Below are positions 9,947 through 17,184 of a stretch of DNA of 32,000 nucleotides, in pieces. Made by a program: the position numbers and the translations under genes. The stretch comes from Crocosphaera subtropica ATCC 51142 (GTDB taxonomy: Bacteria; Cyanobacteriota; Cyanobacteriia; Cyanobacteriales; Microcystaceae): assembly GCF_000017845.1 (NCBI RefSeq), contig NC_010546.1, positions 3,450,001 through 3,482,000 on the forward strand, in the 5' to 3' direction. Below the pieces are notes generated by a model. The model worked only from the letters and a program-made list of their open reading frames with translations. It did no database searches and was not told the origin of the DNA. Within the stretch, counting starts at the first letter, position 1. Every line of letters begins with the position of its first letter.

Positions 9947-10458
9947 TATTTAATGAAAAATTTATGAAAATCACCTTATCAGAGCAAAACTATTTAAAAT
10001 TTACGAAGTTTTTTATTTTAGGTTTAGTTATTATTTTTGTTATTTCTCCTGGAAAATATCAATTTTGGCCATTTATTTATTGGGAACTTTTTGATGCAGG
10101 AAATCCTTATATTCCTAAAGAAAGGAAGCTAATTGAATTTCGAGTTTTAGATACAAATCAAAATTGGCATATTATACGTCCAATGGACTTATATAGCATC
10201 GATGATGATGTATCAGATCAACCGGGAAGCTTAGTCATAGCCAGAAAAATTGTTCAGAAAAATGGTGAATTTACAGACATTTATCACTCTTATTTGATCA
10301 AACATCTAGAAAGAAAATTGAATTTTAAAATTGAGAAAATCGAAGCTTATAGATCAACATGGAAATTGGATTATAATCAATACCCTCCTTTGGATATTAA
10401 TCAACCAGATAAAATGGAAAAAATTGATAGTTTTCAAGCTAGTGATTATATAAATTAG
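9943..10458 (+). CDS. Hypothetical membrane-anchored protein (one N-terminal TM helix)
   Basis: 171 aa. Its start overlaps the upstream stop (ATGA). The FFILGLVIIFVISP helix is followed by a hydrophilic domain. An alternative start exists at M8. Confidence 0.65.
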   Translation: MIFNEKFMKITLSEQNYLKFTKFFILGLVIIFVISPGKYQFWPFIYWELFDAGNPYIPKERKLIEFRVLDTNQNWHIIRPMDLYSIDDDVSDQPGSLVIARKIVQKNGEFTDIYHSYLIKHLERKLNFKIEKIEAYRSTWKLDYNQYPPLDINQPDKMEKIDSFQASDYIN

Positions 10459-10464
10459 TAACCA

Positions 10465-11616
10465 ATGATTAAAGTTTTAAAACAATTAGAGAAAAATTAC
10501 ACTCAATGGTTAAGTTCCCCTGCACCCAATGCAGCAGGAAGAATTGGATTGTTTCGTATTCTTTATAGTATTTTTAGTTTATGGTTATGTAGTTATCTTC
10601 ATTATGGAGAAATGGGTTTAGTTCCTGCTATTCAATGGAAACCTATTCTATTATTATCTTGGTTAGACTCTCCTCCCTATCAATTAATTCCTATTTTTGA
10701 ATCTTTGCTAGTTTCATCGCTAATTTTACTATTGGTTGGTTATCAAACCCGTTTAGCAACTCTGTTTGTTTTTGTTTTAGGTTCAGGTTTAACAGCGATT
10801 CGTTTTAGTTTATTTATGGGGGATGCACTATTTATGGTTCAGTATTTTTATATCCCTTTATTTATGTTATTTTCTCATTGGGGAGATACTTATTCTATTG
10901 ATTCAATTTTAGCTAAAAGACAAGGTAAAATGACACCGCAACCGCAAAATTCTTCCTGGCGATATTTTTGGTCATCACGGGGTTTATTAGTGGTTTATAC
11001 TTTACTAATGTTCTCATCAGCATTTTTCAAAATTATAAAAAAAGAGTGGATATTTAATCCCAATTTTGTTGGTTATTTGATAATTGATAAAACTTTTAAT
11101 AGTTATCTAAATAATGGGTTTCCTGTTAATCCTATTTCAATTTTCATTGCTCATCACCGCTCTTTATATATTCCCATGCAGTATTTTGCATTAATTTTTG
11201 AAACTTCAGCAATATTGATCCTTTTCATTCCTATTGTTCGCTTTTTATTTTTTCGTCTTATTCCTATTTTTCACTTTTCTAATACCTTTTTAATGGGAAT
11301 TCCTTTTGCAACCGTTATTGGCATCTATCTTGCTTTCCCTGACTGGCAAAGCATTTATGAACGCTTTTATCCTAAATTTTTTCGATTTAATTGGTTAAAT
11401 AAATTGTCATCACCAATTTTAATTATTAGTTCAATCTCTATAGCTGCGATTGTTGGAATGACTTGGAATATATTACCCGTTTTTCGTTATATATTTAGTT
11501 GGTTTGGACTGGTAAAATTTCATACAATTTGGTTGATTATTTTTCCTTTTGCTTTAATTTGGGCAATAAGATCAATATCTGATAAAACTCAGATACTAAT
11601 ATTCAAAAAACAATAA
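10465..11616 (+). CDS. HTTM-domain (vitamin K-dependent gamma-carboxylase-like) integral membrane protein
   Basis: 383 aa and polytopic. The N-terminal GLFRILYSIFSLW resembles the HTTM A-x-FRI-x-FG motif. It is followed by LLLVGYQTRLATLFVFVL and an SIDSIL segment in the positions expected for HTTM. Assignment made by eye only. Confidence 0.55.
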   Translation: MIKVLKQLEKNYTQWLSSPAPNAAGRIGLFRILYSIFSLWLCSYLHYGEMGLVPAIQWKPILLLSWLDSPPYQLIPIFESLLVSSLILLLVGYQTRLATLFVFVLGSGLTAIRFSLFMGDALFMVQYFYIPLFMLFSHWGDTYSIDSILAKRQGKMTPQPQNSSWRYFWSSRGLLVVYTLLMFSSAFFKIIKKEWIFNPNFVGYLIIDKTFNSYLNNGFPVNPISIFIAHHRSLYIPMQYFALIFETSAILILFIPIVRFLFFRLIPIFHFSNTFLMGIPFATVIGIYLAFPDWQSIYERFYPKFFRFNWLNKLSSPILIISSISIAAIVGMTWNILPVFRYIFSWFGLVKFHTIWLIIFPFALIWAIRSISDKTQILIFKKQ

Positions 11617-11638
11617 TTATATTATTTTTTTCTTTAAC

Positions 11639-12586
11639 ATGAAACGATTTATTTCCCTTGCTATTAGTACCGCTATTCTTGTTATTCTCTATTCTAAAAT
11701 TAATTTTCAGCAATTACTAAAAGTTTTTCGTGATTGTAATTTAGCTTGGTTAAGTATTAGTTTAACGATGGTTATTCCCATTACATTAATCACAGCTTGG
11801 CGATTACAACAATTAATGCCGAAAAACAGTAATTTAGGATTATTAGAAGCGAATCGTTTGATTTTAGGTTCCAGTGTTTTAAATATGATTTTACCCTCTA
11901 AGATGGGGGAAATTGCTAAAGCGTATTTCTTACGAGATAGGGGACATTTAAGTGGTTCTTTATCTATTTCTTTAGTCATTTTTGAGAGAATATTTGATTT
12001 ACTCTCTTTACTATTTTATTGTGTGCTTGGTTTAATTATTTATCCAAATAAAGATGAGTTTTTTCTCGTCATGACTATTGGTATCTTGATCAGTTTAAGC
12101 GTAGGATTATTATTAATTTGCTCCCAGAATTTTGCTTTATTTTTCTTAAAATCATTATCAAAAATATCTCCAAACTCAATCAAGCTTAAAATCCAAACTC
12201 TTGAATCTTCTTGGCAAGAAATGCACCAATATTTTTGGAGCCATCCTAACCAGTTAATAACAATCACATCAACTTCAATATTTTTATGGTTTTTACATTT
12301 ATTACAAATTTGGTTCTTTATTTTAGCCCTTAATGCTTGGGTTCCTTTTGTCACTAATCTTGCTCTTTCTTCTTTAGCAATTTTAGCAGGATTACTACCG
12401 TTAACCTTTGCTGGAGTAGGAACAAGAGATGCTGCTTTAGTGTATCTTTATCAACCTTATTTTTCTGCTAGTATTGGGGCTGCATTAGGAATTCTTTGTA
12501 CGTCTCGTTATTTTCTTCCTGCGCTGGTTGGACTTCCTTTTCTCAATCAAATGATGAGTGCTGTTCGTCAGTTTAAGAGGTCTTAA
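11639..12586 (+). CDS. Flippase-like membrane protein (LPG_synthase_TM / UPF0104 family)
   Basis: 315 aa with about 8 TM helices. Motifs PSKMGEIAKAYFL and LLPLTFAGVGTRDAAL are typical of this family, which commonly accompanies or is fused to GT2 polyprenyl-phosphate glycosyltransferases. Confidence 0.72.
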   Translation: MKRFISLAISTAILVILYSKINFQQLLKVFRDCNLAWLSISLTMVIPITLITAWRLQQLMPKNSNLGLLEANRLILGSSVLNMILPSKMGEIAKAYFLRDRGHLSGSLSISLVIFERIFDLLSLLFYCVLGLIIYPNKDEFFLVMTIGILISLSVGLLLICSQNFALFFLKSLSKISPNSIKLKIQTLESSWQEMHQYFWSHPNQLITITSTSIFLWFLHLLQIWFFILALNAWVPFVTNLALSSLAILAGLLPLTFAGVGTRDAALVYLYQPYFSASIGAALGILCTSRYFLPALVGLPFLNQMMSAVRQFKRS

Positions 12587-12610
12587 TAACACTAAGAGTC
12601 GCTATTTGGA

Positions 12611-12636
12611 CTATAACGCATTCTAATACGTTATAG
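12611..12636. terminator. Hairpin between convergent genes
   Basis: CTATAACG (12611-12618) pairs with CGTTATAG (12629-12636) around a 10-nt loop. No U-run on either strand, so it is not a canonical intrinsic terminator. Confidence 0.3.
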
Positions 12637-12649
12637 CCGAAACTTGTAA

Positions 12650-13111
12650 TTAATTTTTACGCAACAAAGCAAACCATAAACCACCAACGCCAGCAGTAAT
12701 TAATAAACTGTGAATGGGAGACATAGGAGTGGAACTATAATGTAAATCTTGTTTCAATTCATAACTAATATTTTCGTAATCTACTCCATCTTCAGTCACA
12801 GGAACAATAATCACTTCTCCATGACCTTCATCAATAATTTGGACTTCCCAGTCCCCAGGAATAGAGGTATCAGGAAGGAAAGAAAAACGGCCTTCTTCAT
12901 CCGTTCTCGACTCTAACCAAGGTTCATCAAAATTATTAGGTGCATAAACATAAACTTCAGCATTTTCAGCAACTTCATCCGTGCTATAGGTCGTTTGAAA
13001 TTCTAATTCCTCGTTCATTAAATAATTAGTGAACATGGTGTGTGCTAAAGTTTCAGATGGCACTCCCACGACACCCAATAAAAATGGTAAAGCCAAAATT
13101 AGTTTTTTCAT
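12650..13111 (-). CDS. Secreted transthyretin/CarboxypepD_reg-like domain protein with a C-terminal TM anchor
   Basis: The track ORF 12650..13171 starts at a TTG. ATG 13111 is preceded by GAGGAG and gives MKKLILALPFLLGVVGVPSETLA|HTMF, a clear signal peptide. EEGRFSFLPDTSIPGDWEV is a CarboxypepD_reg-like strand pattern. The C-terminal helix is LLITAGVGGLWFALL. Confidence 0.72.
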   Translation of the reverse strand: MKKLILALPFLLGVVGVPSETLAHTMFTNYLMNEELEFQTTYSTDEVAENAEVYVYAPNNFDEPWLESRTDEEGRFSFLPDTSIPGDWEVQIIDEGHGEVIIVPVTEDGVDYENISYELKQDLHYSSTPMSPIHSLLITAGVGGLWFALLRKN

Positions 13112-13154
13112 CTGACTAGGACTCCTCAGAACGATTGAAATAAAGTTAAAGTTG

Positions 13155-13181
13155 ATTATAACAAGTCTCAAAGCGTATCAA
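13155..13181 (-). promoter_or_regulatory. Candidate sigma70-type promoter for the 12650..13111 gene
   Basis: On the minus strand, TTGATA (13181-13176) and TATAAT (13160-13155) are separated by 15 nt, about 45 nt upstream of the ATG. The spacing is short of the 17-nt optimum. Confidence 0.3.
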
Positions 13182-13311
13182 TATTTTAGGCAAGGGGAGT
13201 GTGATACCAAATCCGCTTATCATCGTAGAGTAATCTTCTTTCTCCCCCTGCCTTCTCAAGATGATTGTCTACTGTCTAAAGCCAATCTAGTATGAGAGGG
13301 GGTTAGTTTTA

Positions 13312-13369
13312 AGCTGATAGCTGAACGCCGATAAACTAGCTCATTTTATCGAAGATGCAACATATGAGT
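13312..13369 (+). repeat. Dispersed intergenic repeat, copy A
   Basis: AGCTGATAGCTGA ... AAACTAGCTCATTTTATCGAAGATGCAACATATGAGT. The 37-nt right arm differs at 3 positions from 20627-20663. Confidence 0.85.
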
Positions 13370-13398
13370 AAAAAATCCCCCATCATCCGATGAGGGAA
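13370..13398 (-). terminator. Intrinsic terminator of prxQ
   Basis: The minus strand reads TCCCTCATCGGATGATGGGGGA (stem with one mismatch) followed by TTTTTT, about 25 nt after the prxQ stop. Confidence 0.55.
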
Positions 13399-13422
13399 AA
13401 TATAGGTAAATCCAAGCAAAAA

Positions 13423-13857
13423 TTAACCAGCAACGCCTAAAATGTCTTGAGCGTGGGTATCTGTTTTCACTTTTTCGTCAACATAGCTAATTTTGCCCTC
13501 TCCATTGATAATGTAGGTGACACGCTTAGAATAACCACCACCCTCAACATCATAAGCTTTGGTTAACTTACCATCTTTATCCACTAACAATTGAAAAGGA
13601 AGACCATACTTTTCTTTAAACGCTTTATGGGAAGCTTGGTCATCCATACTAACCCCAAACACAACCATATCTTTATCCTGGTATTGTTGATAATTATCAC
13701 GGAAGCTTTGGGCTTCTTTGGTGCAACCAGGGGTATCATCTTTAGGATAGAAATATAAAACGACGACTTTACCCTTATAATCCGATAAAGAGACGGTATT
13801 ACCCTCATCATCAACGGTAGTAAAGTCCGGTGCAACGGTTCCAACAGCTAAAGCCAT
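13423..13857 (-). CDS. prxQ: Thioredoxin-dependent peroxiredoxin, BCP/PrxQ type
   Basis: 144 aa. FYPKDDTPGCTKEA is the peroxidatic-Cys motif of the BCP/PrxQ family. Confidence 0.95.
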   Translation of the reverse strand: MALAVGTVAPDFTTVDDEGNTVSLSDYKGKVVVLYFYPKDDTPGCTKEAQSFRDNYQQYQDKDMVVFGVSMDDQASHKAFKEKYGLPFQLLVDKDGKLTKAYDVEGGGYSKRVTYIINGEGKISYVDEKVKTDTHAQDILGVAG

Positions 13858-14039
13858 AACGTCTCATTTCCAACTTAATAGTTATCAACTTTGATCATAA
13901 AACTTTACATCCCAGAAGAAAACCTTTCATAATAGAAATACAGCAATTAATTCTCACCCGTTGGTCTAGTGTTCTTTTTGAACGCCTATGAGTTCCTGGT
14001 CCCTGATAACTGTTCACTGATGGTAGGTCTTAATATTCA

Positions 14040-15524
14040 ATGAAAGCCATGATGGTAGTGGGAACCACTTCCCACGCCGGAAAATCCTTTATCACCACCG
14101 CAATTTGTCGTATTTTAGCCCGTCGGGGTTGGCATATAACCCCCTTCAAAGGACAAAATATGGCGTTGAATGCCTATGTTACCACCACCGGGGGAGAAAT
14201 TGGTTATGCTCAAGCGGTGCAAGCTTGGGCTGCAGGGATTAATCCCAGAGTAGAAATGAATCCTATTCTCTTGAAACCTCAGGGTAATATGACTTCACAG
14301 GTTATTCTAGGGGGCAAAGCAGCAGGAATTACGACGGCAACAAACTATTACGAACAGTATTTTGATAAGGGTTGGAATATGATTGTTCACTCCCTAGAAC
14401 GTTTGGCCGTCGAATACGATTTTGTGGTCTGTGAAGGTGCCGGAAGTCCAGCAGAAATCAATCTCAAACATCGAGATTTAACCAATATGAGAGTGGCGAA
14501 ATATCTCAATGCACCAACTCTATTAGTTGTTGATATTGATCGTGGTGGGGCCTTTGCTCATGTGGTAGGAACCCTACAATTATTAGATGAATCCGAACGG
14601 GCTTTAATAAAAGGCATTGTGATTAATAAGTTTCGAGGACAGCGATCGCTGTTAGATTCGGGCATTGAATGGTTAGAAAATTACACAGGAATTCCCGTGT
14701 TAGGAGTGATTCCTTGGCGAGAAATTTCTTTTTCTGCAGAAGATTCTTTAGATTTATTAGAACGACGTAGAAAAGAACAAAAAGAGATTAATGTAACGAT
14801 TTTACGATTGCCTCATATTGCTAATTTTACCGATTTTGAACCGTTGGATGCAGAAAAAACCGTATCGATTAGCTATTTAGACTTAAATGAGCCATTGGGT
14901 TATCCTGATGCAGTAATTATTCCCGGATCGAAAACCACGATTAATGATTTAATCGCCCTACATGAAAGTGGGATAGCCAAACAATTACAAGATTATGTGG
15001 CAGCCGGAGGGATTGTTTTAGGCATTTGTGGTGGATTTCAAATGTTAGGAGAAATGGTGTTTGATCCCGATCAATTAGAAGGTAATAATGTTTCTTATGC
15101 AGGACTAAACCTGTTACCGATTGAAACAGTGATCACCCCTGAAAAAATTGTCCGTCAACGTCACACCTGTTCAGTTTATCCTTATCCTGGATTTCCTATT
15201 ACGGGGTACGAAATTCATCAAGGGGTTACCCGTTCATCGAAAAGTCCCCATCAACGGATAAAAACAACCAATCATCCATTATTTGAAGATGGTAGTTTAG
15301 GCATTGTTAATGATAATCAGTCAGTTTGGGGCTGTTATTTACATGGAATTTTTGATAATGGGGCATGGCGAAGAAATTGGTTAAATTACCTCAGAAATCG
15401 TCGAGGTTTACCTTCTTTACCCACTGGAATTGCTAATTATCGAGAGCAACGGGAGACAGTTTTAAACCAGTTAGCTGATCTGGTAGAACAATATATAGAC
15501 TTAACACCCTTGCTAAATAACTAA
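14040..15524 (+). CDS. cobQ: Cobyric acid synthase
   Basis: 494 aa. It has an N-terminal P-loop-like GTTSHAGKSFITTAICR and a C-terminal GATase-1 domain with ICGGFQMLG and CYLHGIF. Confidence 0.95.
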   Translation: MKAMMVVGTTSHAGKSFITTAICRILARRGWHITPFKGQNMALNAYVTTTGGEIGYAQAVQAWAAGINPRVEMNPILLKPQGNMTSQVILGGKAAGITTATNYYEQYFDKGWNMIVHSLERLAVEYDFVVCEGAGSPAEINLKHRDLTNMRVAKYLNAPTLLVVDIDRGGAFAHVVGTLQLLDESERALIKGIVINKFRGQRSLLDSGIEWLENYTGIPVLGVIPWREISFSAEDSLDLLERRRKEQKEINVTILRLPHIANFTDFEPLDAEKTVSISYLDLNEPLGYPDAVIIPGSKTTINDLIALHESGIAKQLQDYVAAGGIVLGICGGFQMLGEMVFDPDQLEGNNVSYAGLNLLPIETVITPEKIVRQRHTCSVYPYPGFPITGYEIHQGVTRSSKSPHQRIKTTNHPLFEDGSLGIVNDNQSVWGCYLHGIFDNGAWRRNWLNYLRNRRGLPSLPTGIANYREQRETVLNQLADLVEQYIDLTPLLNN

Positions 15525-15542
15525 TTATTTGAGGAATATTTG

Positions 15543-15782
15543 ATGATAATCCAAGTTCGATTTTTACCCGATGATATTACCATTGAAGCTCAACCAGGAG
15601 AACCCATGTTAGAAGTGGCAAAACGAGCAGGAATAAGCATTCCTACGGGTTGTTTGATGGGGTCTTGTCATGCTTGTGAGGTAGAATTAGAAGATGGAAC
15701 TCCTATTTGTGCTTGTATTAGTGCCATTCCCCCCGGAAGTCAATCCATAACTATTAGTTTATATACGGATTTAGGATGGTAG
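15543..15782 (+). CDS. Small 2Fe-2S ferredoxin-like protein
   Basis: 79 aa counted from ATG 15543 (the track uses TTG 15540). GAGGA lies 7 nt upstream. The Cys pattern is GCLMGSCHACEV...ICAC. It starts 18 nt after the cobQ stop. Confidence 0.75.
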   Translation: MIIQVRFLPDDITIEAQPGEPMLEVAKRAGISIPTGCLMGSCHACEVELEDGTPICACISAIPPGSQSITISLYTDLGW

Positions 15783-15795
15783 AATAACCCAAACT

Positions 15796-16980
15796 CTAGT
15801 ACGGAATTTGTGCCACAATATATTTGCCAATTTCTAACGATGCAGTGGCGGCCGGAGACGGGGCATTACAAACGTGCAGTGCGTGTTGATCTTGGATAAT
15901 TAAAAAATCTTCCACTAACTTACCATCCATTTTTAAAGCTTGCGCCCTAACCCCCGCCTCACAAGGAATGATATCATCCTCCGTCACTTCAGGAATTAAT
16001 TGCTGTAAACTGTTAACAAAAGCAGCTTTACTAAAAGAGCGAATTATTTCTTTGATCCCCTCATCTGCGTGTTTAGCTACTAATCTCCAAAACCCAGGAT
16101 AGGCTATCACCTCAGCAAACTCTTTGAGATCAAAATCGGTTTTCTTATACCCTTCTCGTTTTAAACTCAACACCGCATTGGGACCGGCGTGAATACTACC
16201 ATCAATCATTTTAGTGAAATGCACCCCCAAAAAGGGAAATTCTGGGTTAGGAACAGGATAAATGAGACTTTTGACTAAATATCGTTTTTCAGGGGTTAAT
16301 TGATAATATTCACCCCGAAAAGGGACAATTTTTGCTTGGGGATGAACCCCATCCAGTTGAGCAATGCGATCGCTATATAAACCCCCGCAATTAATAATAA
16401 ATTTCGCTTTAATCTCCCCTTGACTGGTTTCTAAAATTTTATAATTATCACTACTTTTTATCTTGATCAGTTTAGTATTAAACTTGATTTCTCCCCCTTG
16501 TTGTTGAATAATTTCGGCATACTTCTGACAGACTTTTTTATAGTCAGCAATACCAGAGGTTGGAACATAAATTCCAGCTAAACAACTCACATAGGGTTCT
16601 TTTTCTTTTACTGCTTCTGGGGATATTTTTTTGACCTTCAACCCATTTTCTAAACCCCGTTTATAGAGATTATCTAATAAAGGTAGTTCTTTCTGTTTTG
16701 TGGCCACAATTACCTTACCACAAACCTCATGGGGTAGATCATGTTTTTGGCAAAACTCTACCATAGACTGACTTCCGGCAAGGGTAAATTTTGCCTTAAA
16801 ACTTCCTGGTTTATAGTAAATTCCAGAATGAATTACCCCACTATTATGGCCAGTTTGATGATAAGCGGGTTGACTCTCTTTTTCAATGACCACTAACGAT
16901 GCTTTAGGAAACTTCTGCCCCAACATCATCGCCGTAGAAAGTCCGACAATACCGCCACCGACAACAGCAAAATCATACAT
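15796..16980 (-). CDS. lhgO: FAD-dependent L-2-hydroxyglutarate oxidase/dehydrogenase
   Basis: 394 aa. It has an N-terminal Rossmann VVGGGIVGLSTA and conserved HNSGVIHSGIYYKPGS and GIRAQAL-like segments typical of LhgO. Confidence 0.88.
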   Translation of the reverse strand: MYDFAVVGGGIVGLSTAMMLGQKFPKASLVVIEKESQPAYHQTGHNSGVIHSGIYYKPGSFKAKFTLAGSQSMVEFCQKHDLPHEVCGKVIVATKQKELPLLDNLYKRGLENGLKVKKISPEAVKEKEPYVSCLAGIYVPTSGIADYKKVCQKYAEIIQQQGGEIKFNTKLIKIKSSDNYKILETSQGEIKAKFIINCGGLYSDRIAQLDGVHPQAKIVPFRGEYYQLTPEKRYLVKSLIYPVPNPEFPFLGVHFTKMIDGSIHAGPNAVLSLKREGYKKTDFDLKEFAEVIAYPGFWRLVAKHADEGIKEIIRSFSKAAFVNSLQQLIPEVTEDDIIPCEAGVRAQALKMDGKLVEDFLIIQDQHALHVCNAPSPAATASLEIGKYIVAQIPY

Positions 16981-17008
16981 AATCTTATAAGGTTTACGTT
17001 AGTAGCAA

Positions 17009-17070
17009 GGTGGGTTAGATGGCTCTAATTTAGGTTATCACAAAAATATAACAGTCTATTATAACCCACC
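17009..17070. repeat. Palindromic element with GGTGGGTTA / TAACCCACC arms
   Basis: GGTGGGTTA (17009-17017) and TAACCCACC (17062-17070) lie in the spacer upstream of lhgO. The core is the same as the element at 22277-22340. Confidence 0.6.
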
Positions 17071-17184
17071 ATCTTAGTGGGCTATGACTGGTCTTTTTTA
17101 GGTTTCATTCCTCAACCCAACCTACTTATGTTTGAGTTATGTTTTATATTTAAAATTAGTTTTTGTTTAATAACAAATTAAAGA

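Noticed and set aside
11707-12354. Track ORFs 11707..11979 (-) and 12040..12354 (-), antisense to the flippase-like gene
   Set aside because: AT-rich antisense frames with Lys/Asn/Ile-rich translations, typical of shadow ORFs.
13584-13844. Track ORF 13584..13844 (-), alternate frame inside prxQ
   Set aside because: The prxQ frame carries the peroxiredoxin active-site motif. This overlapping frame has no features.
13858-14039. Possible cobalamin riboswitch in the 182-nt leader upstream of cobQ
   Set aside because: I looked for the B12-box core (GCCACTG-like) and the conserved GGGAA/GGTG elements and found none. The region contains only a CAGT-type heptamer repeat (14003-14023).
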